A stretch of DNA of 12,056 nt from assembly GCA_027311165.1 (NCBI GenBank), contig DAICZL010000605.1, positions 1 through 12,056 of the forward strand. Reading direction: 5' to 3'. Below, in pieces: positions 1-6,985 of the stretch. Under the pieces are notes generated by a model, which did not search any database, was not told where the DNA came from, and worked only from the letters and a program-made list of their open reading frames with translations. A program made the translations under genes and the position numbers. This DNA is from a bacterium (lineage in GTDB: Bacteria > Pseudomonadota > Alphaproteobacteria > Acetobacterales > Acetobacteraceae). Position 1 is the first letter of the stretch; the number at the start of each line of letters is the position of its first letter.

Positions 1-14
1 CCGCCCGGGCCCCG

Positions 15-35
15 CCAGGGAGCAGCGCTCCCTGG
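15..35 (-). terminator. 9-bp perfect GC-rich hairpin (CCAGGGAGC-agc-GCTCCCTGG) about 90 nt downstream of the dppC stop, followed by C5/G8 complementary runs
   Basis: Counted directly. There is no U-tract. It could be a terminator, or an inter-cistronic structure before dppD/F beyond the window. Confidence 0.3.
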
Positions 36-123
36 ACCCCCGTCCGTGGGGGGGGAGCCCCCAACCGATGGGGTCCGGCCCCCCCGCGCGATCGCACAGG
101 ACCAAGCCCTTGGGCCTTCGTCC

Positions 124-993
124 TCACAGCCGCCTCGCCAGCCGGGGATCGAGCGCATCCCGCAGCCCGTCCCCCATCAGATTGACCGCCAGCACGGTCA
201 GCGACAGGAACACCGCCGGGAAGAACACGATGTAGGGCTTGACCTGCCACAGCGCCCGCCCCTCGGCCATGATGTTGCCCCAGCTCGGGATGGTCGGCGG
301 CGTGCCGGCGCCGATGAAGGACAGGATCGCCTCGGTGATCATCGCCGAGGCACAGATATAGGTCGCCTGCACCGTGATCGGCGCCAGCGCGTTGGGCAGG
401 ATGTGGCGCAGGATGATCCGCGCGGGGCGGCTGCCGCAGGCGATCGCGGCTTCCACATAGGCGAGCTCGCGCAGGCTCAGCACCACCCCGCGCACCAGCC
501 GCGCCACGCGGGGGATCTCGGCGATGGTGATCGCGATGATGACGTTCTGTACCGACCCGCGGGTGAGCGCCATCAGCGCGATCGCCAGCAGGATCGGCGG
601 GATCGACATCAGCCCGTCCATCACCCGCATCACCACCGCATCCGCGACGCGCAGGAAGCCGGAGAAAAGGCCGATCGCGGTGCCGATCACCGAAGCCAGC
701 AGCGCCACCGAGAAGCCCACCAGCAGCGAGACCCTGGTGCCGTAGAGCACGCGGGAATACACGTCCCGCCCCAGCATGTCGGTGCCGAACCAGTACTGCG
801 CCGAGGGCGGACGCACCCGCCGCGCCGGCGCCAGCGCCGCCGGATCGACCGTGCCCAGGACCGGCGCCAGCACCGCGATCGCCAGCATCACCAGCAGCAG
901 GCCGAGGCCCAGCAGCATCGCCGGATGGCGGCGCAGGAAGCGCCGGCCACGAGCGGCCCGCGACGGCGCCGCGACGGCCAGAACCGCGCTCAA
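124..993 (-). CDS. ABC transporter permease, DppC/OppC family (binding-protein-dependent transport inner-membrane component)
   Basis: The minus-strand ORF 124..1452 has a C-terminal 290 aa that aligns with DppC-type permeases. Matching segments are 'GTDMLGRDVYSRVLYGTRVSLLVG' and the terminal signature 'NLMGDGLRDALDPRL'. The N-terminal 150 aa of the listed ORF are R/G/P-rich, overlap dppB in another frame, and are not coding. I place the start at TTG 991-993 with a GAGGA Shine-Dalgarno 7 nt upstream and a TTGA overlap with the dppB stop. This start gives 289 aa and keeps the conserved pre-TM motif 'GRRFLRRHPA'. An alternative start is ATG 916-918. Confidence 0.85.
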   Translation of the reverse strand: MSAVLAVAAPSRAARGRRFLRRHPAMLLGLGLLLVMLAIAVLAPVLGTVDPAALAPARRVRPPSAQYWFGTDMLGRDVYSRVLYGTRVSLLVGFSVALLASVIGTAIGLFSGFLRVADAVVMRVMDGLMSIPPILLAIALMALTRGSVQNVIIAITIAEIPRVARLVRGVVLSLRELAYVEAAIACGSRPARIILRHILPNALAPITVQATYICASAMITEAILSFIGAGTPPTIPSWGNIMAEGRALWQVKPYIVFFPAVFLSLTVLAVNLMGDGLRDALDPRLARRL

Positions 994-1931
994 TAGCGGA
1001 TCCTCGGGTCGAACAGGCTGTACAGCAGATCCACGCCGAGATTGACCAGCACATAGACCAGGCTGAACAGCAGTACCACGCCCTGGATCACCGGATAATC
1101 GCGCCGCAGGATCGCATCCACGGTCAGCCGCCCCAGGCCCGGGATCGCGAACACGCTCTCGGTCACCACCGCGCCGCCGATCAGCAACGCGACCCCGAGC
1201 CCGATCACGGTCACGATCGGCACCGCGGCGTTCTTCAGGGCATGGACGAACAGGATGCCGCCCTGGGCCACGCCCTTGGCGCGCGCGGTGCGGATATAGT
1301 CCTGCGACAGCACCTCCAGCATGGTGGCCCGGGTGATCCGCGCGATCAGGGCGATGTAGATGCCGCCCAGCGTGACCGCGGGCAGGATCAGGGTGCGCAG
1401 GCAGGGCCACAGACCCTGTGACAGCGGCGCATAGCCCTGCACCGGCAGCCACTCGAGCTTCAGCGCGAACACATAGGCCAGCAGATAGCCCACCACGAAC
1501 ACCGGCACGGAAAACCCCAGCACCGCCATCAGCATCACCGCCCGGTCGATCAGGCTGCCCTGCTTCCAGGCCGCCAGCACCCCCATCGGCACCGCGACCG
1601 TGACCGAGAGCACCAGCGTGAGGACCATCAGTTCGAAGGTCGGCTCGATCCGTTGCGCGATCATCCGGCTGACCGGCAGGTTGGTGAAGATCGAGGTGCC
1701 GAGATCGCCGTTCACCACCCCCCAGGCCCAGCCGCCGAAGCGCACCAGGAACGGCCGGTCGAGGCCGAGCGAGGCGCGGATGCGCTCGACATCGGCGGGG
1801 CTCGCCTGGTCTCCGGCGATCACCGCGGCCGGATCGCCGGGGGCGAGGTAGAGCAGGCTGAACACGAACAGGGCGACGATCGCCATCACCGGCAGGGTGG
1901 CGAGCACCCTTCTTGCGGCATAGGCCAGCAT
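990..1931 (-). CDS. ABC transporter permease, DppB/OppB family
   Basis: The ORF 990..2213 is trimmed to the internal ATG at 1929-1931 ('MLAYAARRVLATLPVMAIVALFVF...'). This is the typical DppB N-terminus, and an 'LAPGDP' motif follows the first TM. There are multiple TM segments and the 'AKG' EAA-loop region 'YIRTARAKGV'. The start ATG overlaps the stop of the upstream SBP gene (ATGA at 1929-1933). The first 94 codons of the listed ORF are R/H-rich junk. Confidence 0.9.
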   Translation of the reverse strand: MLAYAARRVLATLPVMAIVALFVFSLLYLAPGDPAAVIAGDQASPADVERIRASLGLDRPFLVRFGGWAWGVVNGDLGTSIFTNLPVSRMIAQRIEPTFELMVLTLVLSVTVAVPMGVLAAWKQGSLIDRAVMLMAVLGFSVPVFVVGYLLAYVFALKLEWLPVQGYAPLSQGLWPCLRTLILPAVTLGGIYIALIARITRATMLEVLSQDYIRTARAKGVAQGGILFVHALKNAAVPIVTVIGLGVALLIGGAVVTESVFAIPGLGRLTVDAILRRDYPVIQGVVLLFSLVYVLVNLGVDLLYSLFDPRIRY

Positions 1932-3523
1932 CAGCTCTTGCTCGTGCCCCAGAACAGCGGGAACGGCGCCTTGGTCACGCCGGCCAGATTGGACCGCCAG
2001 GCCTGATAGCCCAGATAGAATCCGGTCGGCACGTAGGTGACGAAATCCATCGAGGCGCGGTTGATCGCCTCGATCGCGCGCTTCTCGGCCGCGAGGTCGG
2101 GGGCGGCATACCAGGTGGCGATCAGAGCGGTGATCGCGTCGGATTTCGGCCAGCCGAACCAGGCCTTCTCGCCGGTGGTGGACAAGGCGGTATAGGGGGC
2201 GGGGTTCACGCAATCGACCCCGGCATGCCAGGAGTGGAACACGTTCCAGCCGCCCTGCGCGGGCGGGTCCTTGCGCGCCCGCCGCGCGCCCACCGTGCCC
2301 CAGTCGATCGCGACATAATCCACCGCGAGGCCGATCCGGGCCATCATGTCCGCGCTGACGTCCCCCTGCGCCTTCAGCACCGCCTGGTCCTGCGCCACCA
2401 GCAGCACCACCTTCTCCCCGCCATAGCCGGACTGGGCGAGCAGGCGCTTGGCCTCGTCATAGTGGCGCGGCCCGACCAGCCGCTCGCCGCCGGCTTCCGT
2501 GTACAGGGCGGTGCCCGGAGTGAAGAAGCTGGGGCAGGGACGCCACAGCGCCGGGTCGTCGCCGACGGTTGCGCGCATCCAGTCTTCCTGGCTGGCGGCA
2601 TACTGGATCGCCTGGCGCACCCGCACATCGTTGAAGGGCGGCTGCAGATGGTTCATCCGGAACGTGCCGATATTGCCCAGCGGGTCGGCGATATCGACGC
2701 GGATGTCCGGGTTCTGGCGCAGCAGCGGCACCAGGTCGGGCAGCGGGGTCTCCCACCAGTCCACCTCGCCGTTCTGCAGCGCGGCGGCGGCGGTCGCGGG
2801 ATCGGGCAGGATCTGCCATTCGATCCGGTCGAAATGGATCCGCTTGCCGCCGGCGCACCAGTCGGCCGGTTCGTCGCGCGGCACGTAGCCGGCGAAGCGC
2901 TCGAACACGGCGCGCGAGCCCGGCACCCATTCGTCGCGCACGAAGCGCATCGGGCCGGAACCGACGATCTCGGTGATCTGCTTGTACGGATCGGTCGTGG
3001 CGACCCGTTCCGGCATGATGAAGGCCATCGGCGAATTGGCCTTGCCGAGCGCGAACAGCATCTTGGGAAAGGGCTGGTTCAGCCGGATGCGCACGCTGGC
3101 ATCGTCGGGCGCCTCGAGGGCGGCGAGCCGCGCCTTGATCAGCTGGCCCATCTGGTCGCGCGCCATCCAGCGGTTCAGGCTGGCCACCACGTCCCGCCCC
3201 AGCACCTTGGCCCCGTCATGGAACAGCAGGCCCGGGCGCAGGCGGATGGTCCAGACCAGCCCGTCCTCGGAAACCGTGTGGCCTTCGGCCATCTGGGGTT
3301 TGGGGTCGAGATTGGCATCGACGCCGTACAGCGTGTCCCAGATCAGCAGGGCGGCGTTGCGCACCACATATTGGGTGCCCCAGATCGGGTCGAGATTGGC
3401 CAGGTTGGCCTGCGGCACGAAGCGCAGCACCCGCGCATCGGCCGCGCGCGCGATCGAGGGTCGCGCCAGGGCGGGAAGCGCGAGCCCGGCGGCCGCGCCC
3501 ATCAGCAGATCGCGCCGCAGCAT
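1931..3523 (-). CDS. ABC transporter substrate-binding protein, family 5 (DppA/OppA/NikA-like), Tat/Sec signal peptide
   Basis: This is a 530-aa periplasmic binding protein. It has an 'MLRRDLLMGAAAGLALPALARPSIARA' twin-arginine-like signal. Length and motifs fit SBP_bac_5 ('GTQYVVRN...', 'FHDGAKV', 'PYKQITEIVGSGPMRF', 'GGWNVFH'). I chose the start at ATG 3521-3523 because 'AAAGGAAACCTG' (an AGGAA SD) lies immediately upstream. The earlier in-frame ATGs at 3541 and 3556 lack an SD. Confidence 0.9.
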   Translation of the reverse strand: MLRRDLLMGAAAGLALPALARPSIARAADARVLRFVPQANLANLDPIWGTQYVVRNAALLIWDTLYGVDANLDPKPQMAEGHTVSEDGLVWTIRLRPGLLFHDGAKVLGRDVVASLNRWMARDQMGQLIKARLAALEAPDDASVRIRLNQPFPKMLFALGKANSPMAFIMPERVATTDPYKQITEIVGSGPMRFVRDEWVPGSRAVFERFAGYVPRDEPADWCAGGKRIHFDRIEWQILPDPATAAAALQNGEVDWWETPLPDLVPLLRQNPDIRVDIADPLGNIGTFRMNHLQPPFNDVRVRQAIQYAASQEDWMRATVGDDPALWRPCPSFFTPGTALYTEAGGERLVGPRHYDEAKRLLAQSGYGGEKVVLLVAQDQAVLKAQGDVSADMMARIGLAVDYVAIDWGTVGARRARKDPPAQGGWNVFHSWHAGVDCVNPAPYTALSTTGEKAWFGWPKSDAITALIATWYAAPDLAAEKRAIEAINRASMDFVTYVPTGFYLGYQAWRSNLAGVTKAPFPLFWGTSKS

Positions 3524-3990
3524 CAGGTTTCCTTTCTGCATCTTCCGGCCGGTCATTGATGACAGCCTGCCTCAGTCCGCGGCGCTGTGCCAGCATGATA
3601 CGGGCCGGATGGGGCGATCTTCGGCTGATCGTCCGGATTGCCGGACGGCCCGAAGGCCCCGGGCGAGGCGAAGGTCAGGCAAGGCCAGGGGCATCGCCGC
3701 TATGATGGCCTGGCGGCTCCACCGGGGCCCCGGACCCTGATCGCGGGAACGACCCCTCACTGGATGCGCGTCCCGTTGGGCCCTGGGGGCAGAGCCCTCG
3801 TCCCGCTCGTTGTCTGGGCGCCACGGGAGCCCCGCCCGGGGAATGGTGCGCCCGGGCGGATGTAGCGGAGCGGATGTGCCGGGGCGGCTGCGCGGGAGAC
3901 TGCGGCGGATGCGCGGCGATGGCGCGCGCGTCCGGGGCCGAGACGGACCTGGCCTGGGGGTCGCGGGCGAAGGCGGTGGCCAGGGATGGC

Positions 3991-4027
3991 GGGCAAATTC
4001 CACTATTTTTTCTAGTGAAATCTGCCC
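3991..4027. promoter_or_regulatory. 37-bp imperfect palindrome with a T6 core (GGGCAAATTCCACTA-ttttttc-TAGTGAAATCTGCCC) in the divergent SBP/cysH intergenic region. It is a candidate operator or structured 5' element.
   Basis: Counted directly, 13 of 15 arm positions are complementary around a 7-nt AT loop. It lies about 100 bp upstream of the cysH start and is the most AT-rich spot in a 70%-GC region. Confidence 0.4.
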
Positions 4028-4127
4028 GCAGGCCACGCAATGCAAGGGGTTGGGGAATTTTCGATCTTCAAGTGTGTATTGCAAGAAAGCACTTGCTGAC
4101 GGAGTGAATTAGCGGTTCACTCGCCCC

Positions 4128-4892
4128 GTGATGAACGCATCGACCTGCACGCTTCCGATCGCCGCACGGACCGCGCCTGCCGCCACGCCGGATCTGCTGG
4201 CCCGCGGGGGGGCGGATCACGCGCGCCAGCCTGCGGCCGCCGGGCGCGAGTTGGAAGGCTATGCCCTGCTGCGGCATGCGATGCTCACCGCCTTTCCCGG
4301 CCGCATTGCGGTGGTCTCCTCCTTCGGGGCGGAATCTGCCGTGCTGCTCGCCTGGGCGGCCGAGATCGATCCGATGGTGCCGGTGCTGTTCATGGACACC
4401 GGCCAGCATTTCGCCGAGACGCTCGAATACCGGCGCGCCCTGGTTGCGGCGCTGGGGCTGCGCAATGTCCAGGACATCCGCCCCGAGGCCGCGGCGCTGG
4501 CCTCGTCCGATCCGGTCGGGCTGCTGCACGGCATCGACCCCGATGGCTGCTGCGCCTTGCGCAAGACCGATCCGCTGGACAGCGCCCTGGCGCCCTACAA
4601 GGCCTGGGTGACCGGGCGCAAGCGCTACCAGGCGGCCGGGCGGCGCGATCTTCCGCTGCTGGAACTGGTCGATGGCAGGGTCAAGCTCAACCCGCTGGCC
4701 GACTGGTCGGCCTCCGACCTCGCCGCCGAGATCCTGGCCCGCGGCCTGCCGCGCCATCCCTTGTCGCTGCGAGGCTATCCCTCGATCGGCTGCGCGCCCT
4801 GCACCCAGCAGGTGGCCCCCGGCGAGGACCCGAGATCCGGCCGCTGGCGGGGCCTCGGCAAGACCGAATGCGGGATCCACCGGCCGGCGTGA
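4128..4892 (+). CDS. cysH: phosphoadenosine phosphosulfate / adenylyl-sulfate (APS) reductase, thioredoxin-dependent, Fe-S cluster type (CysH)
   Basis: It has the PAPS-reductase fold signatures 'VVSSFGAES' (PP-loop region) and 'LFMDTGQHFAETLEY'. It also has the C-terminal catalytic 'KTECGIH' motif (ECGLH). The cysteine pairs 'DGCCALRK' and 'SIGCAPCT' (CC...CxxC) are characteristic of [4Fe-4S]-containing bacterial APS reductases. Start: GTG 4128 and ATG 4131 are both possible, and no strong SD is visible. Confidence 0.85.
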   Translation: MMNASTCTLPIAARTAPAATPDLLARGGADHARQPAAAGRELEGYALLRHAMLTAFPGRIAVVSSFGAESAVLLAWAAEIDPMVPVLFMDTGQHFAETLEYRRALVAALGLRNVQDIRPEAAALASSDPVGLLHGIDPDGCCALRKTDPLDSALAPYKAWVTGRKRYQAAGRRDLPLLELVDGRVKLNPLADWSASDLAAEILARGLPRHPLSLRGYPSIGCAPCTQQVAPGEDPRSGRWRGLGKTECGIHRPA

Positions 4893-4899
4893 GTGCTCC

Positions 4900-4917
4900 C
4901 CGGGCTCAATTGCCCGG
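4900..4917. terminator. GC hairpin (CCGGGC-tcaatt-GCCCGG) in the 13-bp gap between convergent cysH and the SPFH gene. It is a possible bidirectional terminator.
   Basis: A 6-bp perfect inverted repeat. The loop contains the SPFH-gene stop codon, and the cysH stop lies 8 nt upstream. There is no U-tract. Confidence 0.3.
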
Positions 4918-6144
4918 CGGTGGCGCCGGCGGCGGTGATCCGGCCCGCAGCAGGCCGGTGAGCAGAGCCTCGACATTCGCCGGCAGGCCGACGATCGTGG
5001 TGGGCAGCCTGCCATCGGATTTGTCGCCGAAATTGCGCAGCGCCTGGGCGGCGGCCAGCGCCTGCAGCGTGGCAGTGTAGGGCAGCAGCGTCTCGGCGAT
5101 CTCGCGGTCCTTGCTGGCGATGTAGCGGCGGTTCACCGCATCCTGGACGTCGCGGTCGAAGGTGAAGCTATCAGCCCAGCCGATGAATTCCAGGGTGATC
5201 CCGACCGAGGCGAAATACTCCCCGGCGCTCTTGCGGACGCTCTCCATGATCTTCACGGCCTCGGCATTCACCTTGTCGAAGCTGCGGCTGGTGATCTCGT
5301 CGCAGACCAGGGTCTGCACTTTCTTGCGGCCGACATCGTCCATCACCTCCGACAGGCGGCGGCTGTAATAGACCGAGGTGAAGATCACCGCCGGGTCGGA
5401 CCGGTTGCCGGACGGGATAGCCACGCCGAAACGGTAGAGATACTTGGCCGCGTTCGTCTCGGCCACCGACGCGCCGACCGAGACGCCGACCGAGATGTTC
5501 AGCCCCTCGCTGCTCTGGCAGGGGAAGGATTCGTCGCGTGGCGAGGTGCCACGATGCGACGGCGCCACCCATTCCCGGCTGTAGGGCGTGCGGTCCACGA
5601 TGATCAGCCGCCCGGTCGGGACATAGAAATCCCAGCCGAAATAGCCGCCCGAGCCCCCGAGCTTCTGGTGGGGGATGACGAATCGCTTCACCGCGATCTT
5701 CCGCTCCTGCAGATAGGCCTCCGAATCGAACTGCCCCTGGGTCTCCTTGTTGGCGCCGGCATCGGGGATCCAGAATGCCGATTCGTTGGGCAGGATCGTG
5801 TAGGCCTCGGTCTTGTCGGTGGTATCGGCATAGGCCAGCGCCCGGTGTGCCGGCAGCGCCAGTGCCAGCGCCATCAGCCCGAGCGGGCCGATCCGCGGCA
5901 GGCGCCGCTGCGCCGGGCGGTACCAGATCGCGGCCAGCGCCAGCACCAGCACGGCGGTCATCGCGAGCCCGGCGCCGCTCATCACCCGCAGCACGAAGGA
6001 GGACCACAGGAAGTCCCGATCGCTGTCGGCGAATTGTCGCCCGGCCTGAGCGGCGCCCGTCAGGGTCAGTTGTGGGATGAGCAGGCCCAGCACCAATGAA
6101 TAGACGCCCAGCGCCAGCACTGTGAGCACCGCACGGCGGACCAT
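4906..6144 (-). CDS. SPFH/band-7 (stomatin/prohibitin/HflC-like) domain membrane protein with two N-terminal TM helices
   Basis: The listed ORF 4906..6351 is trimmed to ATG 6142-6144 ('MVRRAVLTVLALGVYSLVLGLLI...'). That ATG has a GGAG SD 9 nt upstream. The 69 codons before it use rare A/T-ending codons (ATA, TAT, TAT, CAA) and are non-coding. The product has hydrophobic helices at its N-terminus, then a soluble domain. The core 'SEGLNISVGVSVGASVAE...' resembles the stomatin 'TKDSVTISVDGVVYYRV' strand region. The helical tail 'DRDVQDAVNRRYIASKDREIAETL' resembles the 'AEAEASREARAKV' region of SPFH proteins. Confidence 0.7.
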   Translation of the reverse strand: MVRRAVLTVLALGVYSLVLGLLIPQLTLTGAAQAGRQFADSDRDFLWSSFVLRVMSGAGLAMTAVLVLALAAIWYRPAQRRLPRIGPLGLMALALALPAHRALAYADTTDKTEAYTILPNESAFWIPDAGANKETQGQFDSEAYLQERKIAVKRFVIPHQKLGGSGGYFGWDFYVPTGRLIIVDRTPYSREWVAPSHRGTSPRDESFPCQSSEGLNISVGVSVGASVAETNAAKYLYRFGVAIPSGNRSDPAVIFTSVYYSRRLSEVMDDVGRKKVQTLVCDEITSRSFDKVNAEAVKIMESVRKSAGEYFASVGITLEFIGWADSFTFDRDVQDAVNRRYIASKDREIAETLLPYTATLQALAAAQALRNFGDKSDGRLPTTIVGLPANVEALLTGLLRAGSPPPAPPPGN

Positions 6145-6173
6145 GTCGATCGTCTCCGCGAAACCGTTTTGAT

Positions 6174-6202
6174 AATATATCGTATCTGCATCCGGCTGTC
6201 CA
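6174..6202 (-). promoter_or_regulatory. sigma70-like promoter for the SPFH gene: -35 TGGACA (rc of 6197-6202), 17-nt spacer, -10 TATATT (rc of 6174-6179)
   Basis: I read this on the minus strand. It sits in an AT-rich patch ('GATACGATATATTATCAAAAC') about 30 nt upstream of the ATG at 6144, and the spacing is canonical. Confidence 0.4.
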
Positions 6203-6940
6203 TCGGACACTGCCGCCTGGACGCCGGGATCGGGCGTGGCGGACGGCTTCCGGGATCTTTCCTGACCAATGCCCTCCGGTCTTTCGCCATCAGATGGCGT
6301 GACCCGCCCCGCTCGGCGCCGCCCACGCCACCCTCCGGCGCCGCACGTCACCCATCGGCCGGGGCAGCCCGGACAGATCGAAACCGGACGGTTTGGATCG
6401 GTCGCGTCCCTCGCCCAACTCTGCCACTTTCGATTCTCTCGCGCGGCGTTTCCGGCGGCGATGCGGACATCGTGTCGGTGCAGCGGGAGGTGTAAATCGG
6501 CGTTCGGCGACGGCGCGGCGGGTCTCAGGCAGGCTTGGCCGAGGCGATGGCGCTGATCTCGTCAGCTTTTCCCCCCCGGTCCGCGACCGCCTTGAGCCGC
6601 AGTTGCTGCAGACAGGCAAACGCGATGCAGGCCATCAGCGCATGTCGGTCCACGATCGTCCCCCGACCTCGCGCGGCACCGCTCGCTTGCGCGGCCGCCC
6701 ACGCCCGGCATGATCGCCGGCGCGTGCTGCGCCCCATCACGTCGAGGAAGGGCGTCAGCCAACGACCGAGATCGTCTCCAAGGGCGGCGGACCGGGACAC
6801 CGCTCGTGCTCCGCTGAGGCCAGGCTTGCTACCGAACCGAGCCGTGGACGTACACCTGCCAGAGGGGGGGGCTGGGGCAGCGACTCTCTCACACCGTTCA
6901 GGTCTGAATGAGTCAAGGCTGCGCGTTGTCAATAGGCTGG

Positions 6941-6985
6941 TGCACCGACACATTCCGACCCGAAGGTTTCGGAGGTGTCGGTGCA
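6941..6985 (-). terminator. Compound stem-loop immediately 3' of the SBP2 stop codon, with an 11-bp perfect outer stem (TGCACCGACAC/GTGTCGGTGCA) and an inner 5-bp stem (CCGAA-ggt-TTCGG). It is a terminator-like hairpin lacking a U-tract.
   Basis: Complementarity counted directly. It abuts the TGA at 6986-6988 on the minus strand. Confidence 0.4.

Noticed and set aside
124-1452. Full 442-aa and 407-aa versions of the dppC and dppB ORFs, and the 541-aa, 644-aa, 481-aa and 428-aa versions of the SBP, SPFH and LivK-like ORFs
   Set aside because: The N-terminal extensions are arginine- and proline-rich, overlap the upstream gene or a promoter, and precede a much better start (an SD plus a conserved N-terminus or signal peptide). 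I trimmed each to the internal start.
1913-3559. Long plus-strand ORFs antisense to the SBP genes (1913..3559, 548 aa; 6908..8743, 611 aa), plus 9142..10455 antisense to the LivK-like gene, 46..996 antisense to dppC, and 6525..7874
   Set aside because: They are R/G/H/P-rich and low-complexity, and lie exactly antisense or out of frame to strongly supported genes. This is the classic high-GC shadow-ORF artefact.
3846-3912. GCGGATG[T/C] x3 direct repeats as regulator binding sites
   Set aside because: A 7-8-mer made only of G and C in 75%-GC DNA is expected to recur by chance, and the spacing is irregular (14 and 35 bp).
4128-4892. PAPS-reductase-fold protein as a DndC/SspD-type DNA-modification or defence component
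   Set aside because: It carries the ECGIH catalytic motif and the CC...CxxC Fe-S ligands of genuine assimilatory CysH/APS reductase. It has no dnd/ssp partners and converges on its neighbour rather than forming an operon with it.
6525-6713. Small minus-strand ORF ending '...LRLKAVADRGGKADEISAIASAKPA' as a real micro-protein
   Set aside because: Its GC3 of about 80% is only marginally above background, there is no SD, and the upstream part is R-rich junk continuous with a shadow ORF. It is kept only as a remark under the 841-bp region.
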